Shown: positions 37,196 through 47,132, numbered from the stretch's first letter. The stretch: 64,000 nt of DNA from Thermoanaerobaculia bacterium (GCA_945787575.1 CALZKB010000045.1:1896-65895), one strand, 5' to 3'. Notes: a model not told the origin generated them from the sequence alone. Program-made: numbers and translations.

Positions 37196-37669
37196 ATGAG
37201 CGACAGACCGAGACACCCGAAGACCGCGGCCGACAGCCGCCGGCGGCAGAGATGGGCCGCGGCCCTGCTCGCGCTGAGTTGCATGCTGGTCTCGCCGCCG
37301 GCGATCGCCGCGGCGAAACAGAAAGAATATCCATTCCGAGGCGCCCTTTACGAAGCGGAGCTGGTGATGACTCATCAGGAGAAGATCGGGCTGTCCAAGG
37401 GGCAGCGTGACGAGATCGTCCTCGCGCTCCAGCGAATGCAGTCCGGCGTCATCCCGCCACAGCTCGAGCTCGCCGCCTCGGGGGAGCGCCTGCTGAAAAT
37501 GTTGGAGCCCCGCCGAGTCGATCTCGACGCGGCGTTGGACGAAGCGGCGGAGGCGATGCGGCTCGAGAACCTCGTGAAACTCGAGCACATCCGGCTTCTC
37601 GTCGAGATCAAGAACCTGCTCACGGCCGAACAGCAGAGCCAGCTCGACCGCATTCGCGAAGGAGAATGA
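37196..37669 (+). CDS. periplasmic Spy/CpxP-like (LTXXQ motif) stress protein
   Basis: Signal peptide AAALLALSCMLVSPPAIAAA. Helical body with C-terminal LTAEQQSQL (LTXXQ). Confidence 0.55.
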   Translation: MSDRPRHPKTAADSRRRQRWAAALLALSCMLVSPPAIAAAKQKEYPFRGALYEAELVMTHQEKIGLSKGQRDEIVLALQRMQSGVIPPQLELAASGERLLKMLEPRRVDLDAALDEAAEAMRLENLVKLEHIRLLVEIKNLLTAEQQSQLDRIREGE

Positions 37670-37815
37670 AGCCCCCGCGGAGCTGGGCTCCGCCGCGGGC
37701 GATCTACCTCCCGGCGACTTGCTCGTCGCGCACGCCTGCGGCCTCTGGGACCCGGCCGCACTTCGAAGCCATGCACTTCATGGAGGTGGTGCCCAGCGGC
37801 ATCGGCGACGGCTGA

Positions 37816-38805
37816 TCAAAGCTCGAGCTCGCGCCCTTCGTGGGCGACGGTAAAGCCGCGCGACTCGAGTTGGCGCCGTTCGGCGCTGCCGGCAACGAGA
37901 GCGGGGTTGGAGTGGTTGAGGTGGATGAAGACCGCCTCCAACGCGCCGCTCGCCACCCGCTCCTGCAACAGGTCCATCGTCGTTCCGATCAGAGGATGGC
38001 CGATCTCTTCGACGCTGCGACCGGGGAGCTCGCGGGCGGAGAAGAAGGAGCCGTCGAGCAGGGCGACGTCAATGCCGTCGAGACGGTCGAGAAGACTCGG
38101 CTCCCAGGTCGACCACTTGTCGGTGTCGGGCACGAACAGGAGCTTGCGCCGCGGTCCCGCGATGACGTACGCCACCGTGTCCGAGAGCTCGTCTCGGTGG
38201 GGGACGGGGAATGCGGTCACCGTGACGCCGTCTCCGAGATCGACCGATTCGTCGGGGACGACGGTGTTCAGTTCGATGTTGCCGAGATCCACGAGCTGCG
38301 ACCAAGGGCCGTGGTTGGCGAGGAAATCGCCCATCCGGGCGGTCGCCCACACCGGCAGCCTGCGCGTGTGGACCGCTTCGAAGCCGAGGAACGCAAGACC
38401 GGTGTAGTGGCCGATGTGGGCGTGAGTAAGGAAGATCCCGTCGACCGGCGAGCGATCGACCCTGTCGTCAGGCAGACTCCGGACGTCGCGCAGAAGGTCG
38501 AGCTGCTCCCGCACGTCCGGTGTGACGTCGATCAGGAAGACGCGTCGGCTTGCCGGAAGCACGATCGCGAGGCTGGCAACGAGCCGCCGTGGCGTGACCC
38601 CTTCCCGCGCATCGCGGCAAGCTCGGTGCTCGCAAGCGGCATGCGGGAAGCCGCCGTCCTGCGCCGTGCCGACGATCCGGACGAACGGGTCTCGCGTCGC
38701 TTCGGCCGTTGCCGGCGACTCGCCGGGTGCGCAGCCTGCGAAGACGAGCAGCGCGCCGAGCCCCAGGGCTCGCAGCTCCGCCGCTCTAGCGCAACCAGTC
38801 GGCAT
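37816..38805 (-). CDS. PqqB-like MBL-fold protein with lipoprotein-type signal
   Basis: GTAQDGGFPHAACEHRAC..., IFLTHAHIGHYTGL and C-terminal IHLNHSNPAL...GFTVAHEGREL parallel PqqB blocks. N-terminus MPTGCARAAELRALGLGALLVFAGCAPG. Confidence 0.55.
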   Translation of the reverse strand: MPTGCARAAELRALGLGALLVFAGCAPGESPATAEATRDPFVRIVGTAQDGGFPHAACEHRACRDAREGVTPRRLVASLAIVLPASRRVFLIDVTPDVREQLDLLRDVRSLPDDRVDRSPVDGIFLTHAHIGHYTGLAFLGFEAVHTRRLPVWATARMGDFLANHGPWSQLVDLGNIELNTVVPDESVDLGDGVTVTAFPVPHRDELSDTVAYVIAGPRRKLLFVPDTDKWSTWEPSLLDRLDGIDVALLDGSFFSARELPGRSVEEIGHPLIGTTMDLLQERVASGALEAVFIHLNHSNPALVAGSAERRQLESRGFTVAHEGRELEL

Positions 38806-39616
38806 AGAGCTCCGAGCGCCGGTCGCGCCAGAAGAGCCGGCGCGCCGTCGACCCTGCGGCGAGATCGAGATCACAGTCCGCCAAGACCAGATCGTCGGAC
38901 CCCGAAGCGCCGCGGGCGAGAATGCGGCCCTCCGGATCGGAGACGAACGACTCTCCGGAGAAGTCGAGCTCTTCCTCGCGACCGACCCGGTTGCACAGCG
39001 CCGCGAAGTACCCGTTCTGAAAGGCCGCGGTTCGGACCTCCGCCTCGTACATCCCTTCAGGCCACTCGGCGGTCGTGCCCGCCTGCGGGATGACCACCAT
39101 CTCGGCGCCGGCGACGCCGAGGGCGCGCATGTACTCCGGATAGTGGCGGTCGTAGCAGATCGCCACGCCGATTCGCCCGACCGACGTCTCGTAGACCGGC
39201 GCACCACGATCGCCCCGATCGTAGTAGTCCTGCTCGTAGAAATGCTCGTACTGAGTGATGTGCACCATCCGGGTTACGCCGAGCAAGCTCCCATCGGAGT
39301 CGAACACCGGCGAGCTGTCGAAGGTGCGGCCGTCGGCGGCCCGCTCATAGAGGTTGAAGACGGTCACCAGGTGGTGCACGCGGGCAGCGGCGGCGATGCG
39401 CTCCGTCACCGGACCCGGGATCGCCTCGGCGAGGTTCGCGGCCGCCTCGTCGCCCGGCTGCTGGGGGAAGAAACGGTCGAGCACGACCTCGGGAAAGGCG
39501 ACGAGGCGAGCGCCACCGTCGGCCGCTCGCCCCATCGCGTCGAGCGCCCGTTCGAGGGTCTCCTCACGATCGCCGCTCGCGTGGATCTGGGCGAGCGCGA
39601 TCCGCAACGATCTCAC
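38786..39616 (-). CDS. carbon-nitrogen hydrolase family protein (nitrilase / N-carbamoylputrescine amidase-like)
   Basis: RIALAQI, LVAFPE and catalytic Cys block RIGVAICYDRHYPE. Confidence 0.75.
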   Translation of the reverse strand: MRSLRIALAQIHASGDREETLERALDAMGRAADGGARLVAFPEVVLDRFFPQQPGDEAAANLAEAIPGPVTERIAAAARVHHLVTVFNLYERAADGRTFDSSPVFDSDGSLLGVTRMVHITQYEHFYEQDYYDRGDRGAPVYETSVGRIGVAICYDRHYPEYMRALGVAGAEMVVIPQAGTTAEWPEGMYEAEVRTAAFQNGYFAALCNRVGREEELDFSGESFVSDPEGRILARGASGSDDLVLADCDLDLAAGSTARRLFWRDRRSELYADWLR

Positions 39617-39915
39617 TCGGCTTCCTCGGACTCCGGCACGGCCGCATCCGCGGTGAGCAGCTCGCGGGCCGCTTGCGCATAATCGGCGGGGACGAGGAAT
39701 CGCGCCGCCATGCCGCCGCGAACGAACGGGCCGCCCATCACTCCGGTCGGGAGCTGTCCGATGGCGTTCTGGCCCAGGATGTCGAAGGGAATCTTGGAGG
39801 CCCGAAGCACGGACTCGATCACCGGCAAGACGTCGGGGTCGGCGGTCGCGTACACCACCTCGAAGTCACGATCGTCATGGAACTCTTCGGTCGGGTCATC
39901 GGTTTCGTCGCTCAT
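39613..39915 (-). CDS. DUF2007-like small protein
   Basis: 100 aa. The VVYATADPDVLPVIESVLRASKIPF pattern resembles DUF2007 (putative signal-transducing) proteins. 4-nt overlap with the C-N hydrolase gene. Confidence 0.35.
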   Translation of the reverse strand: MSDETDDPTEEFHDDRDFEVVYATADPDVLPVIESVLRASKIPFDILGQNAIGQLPTGVMGGPFVRGGMAARFLVPADYAQAARELLTADAAVPESEEAE

Positions 39916-39996
39916 GACGAGAGGCTATCTCACCCTGGGTGCGAGCGCCCCGCTAGGGGCCTCTGTTGGGCGGCAACGACAGGCTAGAGTAGTCCG

Positions 39997-40521
39997 ATGG
40001 CCTCGTCGCTCCTTCGTTATCTCGTCGTCGGCGTCGCGGTCATCGCTCTCGGCATTACCGGTTGGAGCTGGTGGCACAGCGACGCGCGGCGGATCGGACG
40101 CGAGCTCGATCGGCTCATGGCACAGGTCGACAAGAGCCCGGGCGAGAACCCGTTGACCGGCGCCCTGGCGGCGCAGGAGGCGGCCGGCCAGTTTGCTCAA
40201 TCGTTTCACTTCCGCGCCCGCCAATTCGACTTCGAGACCCGGGATCGACAGTCGCTGATCAGGGCCATCGCGCTCTATCGCAACCGCTCGGAGCGCATTG
40301 CGACTCAGGTGCTCGACGAGCAGCTGGACATCGACGCCGCTGCCGGTCGGGCGACAATGGTGCTGACCGCCCGGTTTCAAGGCGGCTGGCAGGCCCTCAC
40401 CGAGGACGGCTACCGATTCCAGCTCGACTGGGTGGAGGAGGAGGGTGGGTGGCGGATCGCCTACGCGGATCTCCTCGAGGTCGTTCAGCCGGTCGCCGAA
40501 CGCTTCCTCGAGGGGCAGTAG
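39997..40521 (+). CDS. hypothetical membrane-anchored protein
   Basis: N-terminal TM helix LLRYLVVGVAVIALGITGWSWW; no family recognised. Confidence 0.4.
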   Translation: MASSLLRYLVVGVAVIALGITGWSWWHSDARRIGRELDRLMAQVDKSPGENPLTGALAAQEAAGQFAQSFHFRARQFDFETRDRQSLIRAIALYRNRSERIATQVLDEQLDIDAAAGRATMVLTARFQGGWQALTEDGYRFQLDWVEEEGGWRIAYADLLEVVQPVAERFLEGQ

Positions 40522-40551
40522 GACGCACCCTCTGCCGCCGTCGACGGGACG

Positions 40552-42738
40552 CTACGGCACGGTCGTGCTCCAGGCCGAGGTATCGCCGGACTCGAAACCG
40601 TCCGCGAAGATCTCGGCCGGTAGGCTCAGGTCGGCGCGCCAGGCGCCGCGGCCGTAAGTAGCGGCGGTCAGCGTGTTGTTGACGGCGTCGAGCGCCAGAT
40701 CGCCGACGTTCACGTTGGGCAGATCGGATCCGTCACGATCCCAGGTCGCGCCGTCGTCGTCCGACCAGTAGACGCCGGAGCCGCTGCCCACATAGAGCGA
40801 AGGCGGGAGGTTGCGCCATTCGACGGCCAGTGCGCGAGCCGCGGTGCTCGTCGGGTAGCTGCCGGTGACGTCCTCCCAGCTCAGCCCCCGGTCTTGCGTT
40901 CTCAGCAGGCGCGGACCGGAGGTGTTGAAGTACGCCACGTAGGCGGTCGCGGAGTCGTCGGGATCGATCGCGATATCGCTGACCGAGCCGGCCGGCAGAC
41001 CGCTCGACCGATCGAACCAGGTCGTGCCGTCGGTCGTGGCCCACACCTTGCCGCCGTCGGTGCCGGCGTAGATGCTGTCGGGCTCGCCCTCGGCGACGGC
41101 GATCGCGTTGACGTTGTCTCCCAGCGCCAAGCTGATCGCCGTCCAGTTCGCGGCGCCGTCGGCGTTCTCGGTGCGCCAGATGCGATTCGTTCCGCCCAGC
41201 AGGGTGCGCGAGTCGTTCGGGTCCATCACCAGGGGTGCGATGAAGTTCGCCGGGTCGCCTCCCCACGGCCCGGTGATATTGGTCGTCGTCGGACCTACCA
41301 GCCGGAAGACGGTGAGGTAGACGTAGGTCGTGTAGCGAGTGTTGGGATCGATGAAGTCGTAGGCCAGGTAGCCGCCATCGCCCGCCGCGATCTGGGTCCA
41401 CTCGTCCATGCCGGTGTCGCGCCCGGCGGTGCCGTTGTCCTGGGTGCCGGTCATCATCTTGGCGCTGTCCGTCGGGTGCAGGGCCAAGGCGTAGTTCTGG
41501 GTCAGGTTGAGACTGTTGTTGGTGTTGACCCAACTCGCCCCGCCGTCGGCGCTTGTCCAAACGCCGCCGTCGTTGCCGAGCCACAGACGGCCATCCGCGC
41601 CGAAGGACAGCGTGTGCATGTCCGGGTGCGGGTTGCCGGTGCCGTTGGTGCAGCCCGTCGGGCAGGTGACGTCGGACCAGGAGGCCCCGCCGTCGGTCGT
41701 CTTGATCACCCCGGCCTCGGCGTAGGTCGGGAAGACGCCGCCGGCGTAGACCGTCTCCGGGTCGGTCGGATCGACGGCCACGAAAGTGTCGTACCACGCC
41801 TGAGGTGCCGCGAAGTTGGGCGTCGCCGTGAGCTCGCTCCAGCTGGCGCCCGAGTTGGTCGTCCGGTAGAGGCCGAGGATGTTGCCGCCGCTGACGAAGG
41901 CGGCATAGAGGGTGGCGGCCGAGGAGGGCGCCATGGTCAGGACGATGCGCGTGAAGCCGGAGGCCGGTAGGCCGCTCGTCGACTGTGTGAAGCTCGTTCC
42001 ACCGTCGGTCGACTTGAAGATGCCGCCGCCGTGCTGAGCGATGTAGACGACGGTACCCGAAGGGTCGACTGCCAGGTCGGAGGCCCGCCCGGCCAGGCGC
42101 AGGCTCCAGCTCGATCCACCGTCGGTGGTCCTGGCGTAGCCCGCGGCACCGGTCATGTGGACCCTGTCCGAGTCGGTCGGGTCGACGACGATCTTGCTGC
42201 AGGTGGTGCCGACCTCGGCCGCGGTCGCCACCCTCAGCCAGCTCGCGCCTCCGTCGTCGGAACGGAACATGCCGTCGCCGGTGCTGAGTGTCGTGTACTC
42301 GCCCGTCCCCGCGTAGACGGTGTCGGGTGCGCTCGGATCGAGGGCGACGCAGCCGTGGTTGAGACTCGGCAGATCGTCGCTGATCGGGGTCCAGAAACCG
42401 CCACCGTCGGTCGTCCTCCAGATTCCTCCCGATGCGGAAGCGATGAAGACCGTGTCGGGATCGAGCGGGTGCGGCGCGATCGAGACCACCCGCCCGCTCG
42501 CATCATCGGTTCCGCTCCAGAACTCGTCCTCGATCGGGCGGGGGCCGAGCTCGACCCAGTTCATGGCGCTCCCGCCGCGAGATAGCTCCGCTTCGGTCCA
42601 CCCGGGGACCGGCTCGCCGGTGATCCGCTCGTAACCCGGCGGCGGCGGGCCGAAGCGCAGCTGATGGCGCGGACGGATGGGGTCCGGCCCGAGGAAGAGC
42701 ATCCAGACGGCGAAACCGGCGGCGACGAGATTCTGCAT
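40552..42738 (-). CDS. secreted BNR/Asp-box repeat beta-propeller protein (glycosidase / Ycf48-like)
   Basis: At least 10 SxDGGxTW-type repeats (TTDGGGFW, SDDGGASW, TTDGGSSW, STDGGTSF, TTDGGASW, SADGGASW and others). Signal peptide from MQNLVAAGFAVWMLFLG. Confidence 0.65.
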   Translation of the reverse strand: MQNLVAAGFAVWMLFLGPDPIRPRHQLRFGPPPPGYERITGEPVPGWTEAELSRGGSAMNWVELGPRPIEDEFWSGTDDASGRVVSIAPHPLDPDTVFIASASGGIWRTTDGGGFWTPISDDLPSLNHGCVALDPSAPDTVYAGTGEYTTLSTGDGMFRSDDGGASWLRVATAAEVGTTCSKIVVDPTDSDRVHMTGAAGYARTTDGGSSWSLRLAGRASDLAVDPSGTVVYIAQHGGGIFKSTDGGTSFTQSTSGLPASGFTRIVLTMAPSSAATLYAAFVSGGNILGLYRTTNSGASWSELTATPNFAAPQAWYDTFVAVDPTDPETVYAGGVFPTYAEAGVIKTTDGGASWSDVTCPTGCTNGTGNPHPDMHTLSFGADGRLWLGNDGGVWTSADGGASWVNTNNSLNLTQNYALALHPTDSAKMMTGTQDNGTAGRDTGMDEWTQIAAGDGGYLAYDFIDPNTRYTTYVYLTVFRLVGPTTTNITGPWGGDPANFIAPLVMDPNDSRTLLGGTNRIWRTENADGAANWTAISLALGDNVNAIAVAEGEPDSIYAGTDGGKVWATTDGTTWFDRSSGLPAGSVSDIAIDPDDSATAYVAYFNTSGPRLLRTQDRGLSWEDVTGSYPTSTAARALAVEWRNLPPSLYVGSGSGVYWSDDDGATWDRDGSDLPNVNVGDLALDAVNNTLTAATYGRGAWRADLSLPAEIFADGFESGDTSAWSTTVP

Positions 42739-42900
42739 ATCGGGCTCCTTGGAAGGAAGCGGTGGAAGATCGCGGCGTACGCTACCACCTGCGCCGTCGC
42801 GGGCTCGTGACACCGGGTGGGCAACGCGGCCGACCCCGTCCCAGGGAGCTCGCGATCGCTGGATTCAGACGGTCGCCGGTCGGGTGTTCTCCGGCCGGCC

Positions 42901-43818
42901 TCAGAGGCTCTTGATGTAGATGCTCCCGCCGGAGGTCCGCAAGTAGATCTGCGGGCCTCCGCCGTTTAGCTCCGCCTGGAGCTGGTGGCTCTTGATGTCG
43001 CCCTGGAGGGTGACGGGGAAGTCCACCCGGACGCGGCCACCGGAGGTCTTGGCGTCGAGGTTGGCAGAGATCGACGGGTCGATGGCGAGCTCGACTCGTC
43101 CGCCCGAGGTGGTGAGGCGGCAGTCGGATCGTGGCTGCGTGGCGATACGAGCGCTGACGTTGCCGCCCGAAGTCGACGCCTCGATCGAGCCGTAGACCTC
43201 GTAGACGTTGACGTTGCCACCGGAGGTCTTGGCGATCACCGAGCCGCCCGAGCGGTCGATGTGGATGTCGCCGCCCGACGTCTTGGCCGTGACCGACCCG
43301 TCGACGCGGCCGATCTCGAGATCGCCACCGGAGGTGCGGCAGTCGACTCGGCCGCCGACGTCGGAGAGGCGGACGTCGCCGCCCGAGGTCCGGCAGTCGA
43401 CGTCGCCGTCGAGAGAGGCGACCGTGATCGCGCCGCCGGAGGTCTCCAGATCGACGGTGAAGGCTGCCGGGATCTCGACGTCGAAGTGGACGCGAAAGCG
43501 GTTCGCCGAGCTCCAGCGCCAGCTCCAGCCGTCGGGCCGGTCGCCGGTGACCCGAATGACGCCGTCATCCTGTTCGAAGGCGAGGACGAAGTCGTCGTCG
43601 TCACCGGATCGCGCTTCACGCTCGACCGTGATGCGGACCTCGTCGTCCGCGCCCGGGCGGACGTCGATACTGCCGATGTCGGTATCGATCTCGAGCCGGC
43701 CGTCGCCACGCACCGAGAAGGTGCGTTCGACGACGTCGGCGGCGACGAGCGAAGGCGCCAGCAGAGCGAGAGAGGAGGCGAGGGCTACGAGTAGGTTGCG
43801 GGCATGGCGTCTGCACAT
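42901..43818 (-). CDS. DUF4097-type beta-strand repeat protein (putative adhesin)
   Basis: Signal peptide plus about 9 tandem TSGG(D/N)(I/V) repeats (CRTSGGDVRL, AKTSGGDIHI, AKTSGGNVNV and others). Confidence 0.55.
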   Translation of the reverse strand: MCRRHARNLLVALASSLALLAPSLVAADVVERTFSVRGDGRLEIDTDIGSIDVRPGADDEVRITVEREARSGDDDDFVLAFEQDDGVIRVTGDRPDGWSWRWSSANRFRVHFDVEIPAAFTVDLETSGGAITVASLDGDVDCRTSGGDVRLSDVGGRVDCRTSGGDLEIGRVDGSVTAKTSGGDIHIDRSGGSVIAKTSGGNVNVYEVYGSIEASTSGGNVSARIATQPRSDCRLTTSGGRVELAIDPSISANLDAKTSGGRVRVDFPVTLQGDIKSHQLQAELNGGGPQIYLRTSGGSIYIKSL

Positions 43819-43969
43819 GGTGTTCTCCTCGGTTCTGTCATTCAAGCGTTACTACGCGGTTGGACCCCTGCGGGTTCCGCGCTTCGACCAGGGCGCCTTC
43901 CGCGGGTGGATCCGCGAGGGCAGCCGGCGCGCGACGGACCTCGATCACCCTCGATTGACGGAGCTCTGG

Positions 43970-45592
43970 CTAGTCGACGACACCTTTCGGCGACCACGCT
44001 TCGGCCGCGCCCGTGAACGACTCGAGCTCGCGATCCCAGCGTGAGTGATCCCAACCTAGCTCCTCCTCGAAGTAGCGTCTCAACGTCGGCGCGATGACCA
44101 GGGCGGCCTCGGGCTCCCACATTCCGAGCCGGGCGCGTCGCAAGAGGAGATCCTCGAGCCGCAGGACGGCACCGTGCGTCAAGTGGCAACGCACCTCCGC
44201 GGCGCAGAGGTCGCCACCGTCGACGAGCGGCTCGAGCTCGCGCGCGCCTCGGGCCAGATGTGGTGCCCACAGAGCGTCGCGCCGCAGCCGTCGCGCCATC
44301 CCGCTCGCGACGTCGGGAACGAGACCGTGGAGGGTCGCGAGCCGGTCGGCGAGATCGAGCGGCGCGTAGCCGACCAGCGGTGTGCCTTTGGTGTAGCAGC
44401 TGAAGGCGGCTTCGGCGCGCTCATCGGGCAGGTTGCGGAGGACCTCGTCGACGACTTCTTCCGCGGTCGGCCTCCAGGTCGTCAGCTTGCCTCCCGCCAC
44501 CGACACCATCCCCTCTTCTTCCCAGATGTCTTCCTCGCGACTGGCGTCCGACGGGTTGTCGGTGTGGCTGTCGAGGATCGGCCGAAGGCCGGCAAAGACG
44601 CCGACCACGTCGTCGGTTGTCAGGGCGTTGTCGGGGAAGTGGGTCGCCATGGCGCGCAGCAGGTAGTCGACCTCTGCACGCGTGGCGCGCGGATCACTGC
44701 GCGGACCGTCGTGGTAGATGTCGGTCGTGCCGACGAGGACCCCCTCCGCATGGGGGATCAGGAAGATCGGCCGGGCGTCGTCCGGGGATGGCACCATGGC
44801 GGCGGCGCGCACCGGAAGACGAGCGCTCGACAGCACGATGTGGACTCCGCGCGACGGCCGGACCCGCGGATCCCCCAACCGGCACTGCTGGCGCAGGTCG
44901 TCGACCCAAACGCCCGCCGCGTTGACGACGACCCGGGCTCGGATCTCTCGCGAGCCCCCCGCTTCGAGGTCGTCGACGACCACGCCGTCGATCCGTCCGT
45001 CGACGTTGCGGGTCAGGTCCCGTACCGCAGTGCGGGTCAACATGAAGCCGCCATAGGCATAGCCGGTGGCGGCAACCGCCAGCGTCAAACGGGCGTCGTC
45101 GGTTCGGGCGTCGGCGTACGAAAAGGCCTGCTCGATCTCGTCGGTCGCCATGCCGGGGACCAGCCGTTCGAGATCCTCGGTCTCGAGGTGCCGGTGCCGA
45201 TTGCGCTTGCGAGTGAGGCGGTCGTACATCCACAGCCCCAAGTCGACTTGCCAGCTCGGCATCTTGTCACCGCGGTTGGAGGGGTAGACGAAGCGGAGGG
45301 GCTCGACCAGGGTAGGGTTGAGCACCGCCATCCGATCGCGCTCGCGCGCCGCCATCGCGGTGATCCGGAAGTGCATCTGCTTGAGGTATCGAAGTCCGCC
45401 GTGGACGAGCTTCGAGGAACGCGAAGAGGTGCCCGAAGCGATGTCTTGCCGCTCTACGAGCAGGGTGGACAACCCTCGTTGAGAAGCGTCGAAGAAGACG
45501 CCGCAACCGGTGATGCCACCGCCTATAACGATGACGTCGAAGGTCTCGTCGAGGGCGGCCAGGCTGCGTCGCCGCCAGTGAGGATCGAACAT
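43970..45592 (-). CDS. glpD: FAD-dependent glycerol-3-phosphate dehydrogenase
   Basis: FDVIVIGGGITGCGVFFDASQRGLSTLLVERQDIASGTSSRSSKLVHGGLRYL is the canonical GlpD N-terminus. Confidence 0.85.
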   Translation of the reverse strand: MFDPHWRRRSLAALDETFDVIVIGGGITGCGVFFDASQRGLSTLLVERQDIASGTSSRSSKLVHGGLRYLKQMHFRITAMAARERDRMAVLNPTLVEPLRFVYPSNRGDKMPSWQVDLGLWMYDRLTRKRNRHRHLETEDLERLVPGMATDEIEQAFSYADARTDDARLTLAVAATGYAYGGFMLTRTAVRDLTRNVDGRIDGVVVDDLEAGGSREIRARVVVNAAGVWVDDLRQQCRLGDPRVRPSRGVHIVLSSARLPVRAAAMVPSPDDARPIFLIPHAEGVLVGTTDIYHDGPRSDPRATRAEVDYLLRAMATHFPDNALTTDDVVGVFAGLRPILDSHTDNPSDASREEDIWEEEGMVSVAGGKLTTWRPTAEEVVDEVLRNLPDERAEAAFSCYTKGTPLVGYAPLDLADRLATLHGLVPDVASGMARRLRRDALWAPHLARGARELEPLVDGGDLCAAEVRCHLTHGAVLRLEDLLLRRARLGMWEPEAALVIAPTLRRYFEEELGWDHSRWDRELESFTGAAEAWSPKGVVD

Positions 45593-45662
45593 CGGTCTAC
45601 TCTACAAGCTAGGCTCGGGCGTGCTGTCAGGAGTCGCCGTTCGGCGACCCTCGGGACGAGGC

Positions 45663-47021
45663 TCAGTCGAGATATCCGAGCGCCTCGAGCATTCGCCGTT
45701 GCTCGTCGTCGAGCTCGACGGTTCCCTCTCCGCTTCCAGCTTCGATGTGAGCGGCTGCCGCCGCCAGCGATCTGGCGCGCTCGCTCCCCTCGACGTAGAG
45801 GTTGACGCCGTCGAGCCCGGTCGCCGCCTCGCCGACGAACCAGCTCTCGGTGCCGTCTTCTTCACGGTAGAAAACCGCCTTCCAGTCGCCGCCGTGGACC
45901 GCCGCGCCGACGATTCTCGGGTTGTCGGGATAGTGACGGCGCTCGATCATCCGGAGCCGGCGCGCCGGAGCTCCTCGACCGGCCATCACCGGCACCAGAG
46001 AAACACCGGGCAGATCGGCGGGCGCGTCGAGCCCGAAGAGCTCGACCAACGTTGGCATCAGGTCGATCGTCACGACTGCGGCGGTAACCCTCCGGCACGC
46101 TGTTTGGGACGGCATCCGGATCATCAACGGGACCTTGATCACCGGTTCGAGGAGTCGTCCGTGGCCGAAGAAGGCACTGTCCCCGAGCGACTGGCCGTGA
46201 TCGCCGACGATGACGATCAGTGTCTCGGCCGAGGCGTTGCGCTCGGCGAGGCTCGCGAGCAGTCTTCCGAGATGCTCGTCGAGGTAGGCGATCTCGGCGT
46301 CGTAGAGATCCTCGACGTGCGCCAGGTCCGCGGAGTCGAGCCGAGCCCACCCCTCCGGCTTGTTGAGGATGACGAGATCCTCGGCCCTCATCCGATTCGG
46401 CAGGGGACCGGTGTAGCCGCGATCGAACCGCTCTCGAACGGCCTCGCTCGGCGAGTACGGCTCGTGGGTATCGTAATAGTGGACCCAGAGCGCGAACGGC
46501 TCGTCGCCGTGCTCGTCCAGCCAGTCGATCGCTACCGCGGTCGTCACCTGAGCCGGAACCTGGTACTGCCGTTCGCGGGCCGGAAACTGAATCTCCTCGA
46601 AACCCAGTCCCGTTAAGTAGGGCTCGGCGAGCACTCCCGCGGAGACGACCGCCGCCGTGGCGAGACCGCGTTGCTCGGCCAGGAGGTCGAAGATCGTCGT
46701 CAGGTCGGTCGTCGGCTCGACGCCGTTGAGACGGATCCCGTGACGAATCGGGCGCAGTCCCGTAAAGATCGAGACGTGGGACGGCAAAGTGGTCGGCACG
46801 CTGCAGGTCGCGTCGTCGAAGACGAAGGCCGTGCCCGCGAACTCGTCGAGCCGCGGCGAGACCGGTCGCCCGTAGCCGTAGGTCCCGAGATGGTCGGCGC
46901 GGAGGGTGTCGAGGGTGATCACCAACAGGTTGGTCGGAGGAGCCCCGTCGAAGAGGGTTACCGGCCGACCGCAGCCCCCGGCCATGACCAGAACGGCTGC
47001 GAAGACTAGCCTGAGGACCAT
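45663..47021 (-). CDS. sulfatase-like hydrolase/transferase (alkaline phosphatase superfamily), secreted
   Basis: LLVITLDTLRADHLGTYGY...RLDEFAGTAFVFDDATCSVPTTLPSH matches the sulfatase N-terminal metal-site and nucleophile region. Confidence 0.65.
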   Translation of the reverse strand: MVLRLVFAAVLVMAGGCGRPVTLFDGAPPTNLLVITLDTLRADHLGTYGYGRPVSPRLDEFAGTAFVFDDATCSVPTTLPSHVSIFTGLRPIRHGIRLNGVEPTTDLTTIFDLLAEQRGLATAAVVSAGVLAEPYLTGLGFEEIQFPARERQYQVPAQVTTAVAIDWLDEHGDEPFALWVHYYDTHEPYSPSEAVRERFDRGYTGPLPNRMRAEDLVILNKPEGWARLDSADLAHVEDLYDAEIAYLDEHLGRLLASLAERNASAETLIVIVGDHGQSLGDSAFFGHGRLLEPVIKVPLMIRMPSQTACRRVTAAVVTIDLMPTLVELFGLDAPADLPGVSLVPVMAGRGAPARRLRMIERRHYPDNPRIVGAAVHGGDWKAVFYREEDGTESWFVGEAATGLDGVNLYVEGSERARSLAAAAAHIEAGSGEGTVELDDEQRRMLEALGYLD

Positions 47022-47132
47022 CGGTCGATCCTACCTGTCTCACTCGTTCCCCCACGCCTGCAGCGCTCGTCCTCGCATCCGGCCCGATTGGGGATGGGAT
47101 CGCGGCTACCAGCCTGCTAGGCTGCCGCAGCG

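Noticed and set aside
40733-41797. 354-aa ORF in an alternative frame within the BNR-repeat gene, and 58898..60151 within the CRTAC-like gene
   Set aside because: Same-strand frame-shifted Arg/Gly-rich ORFs inside long well-supported genes; shadow ORFs in high-GC DNA.
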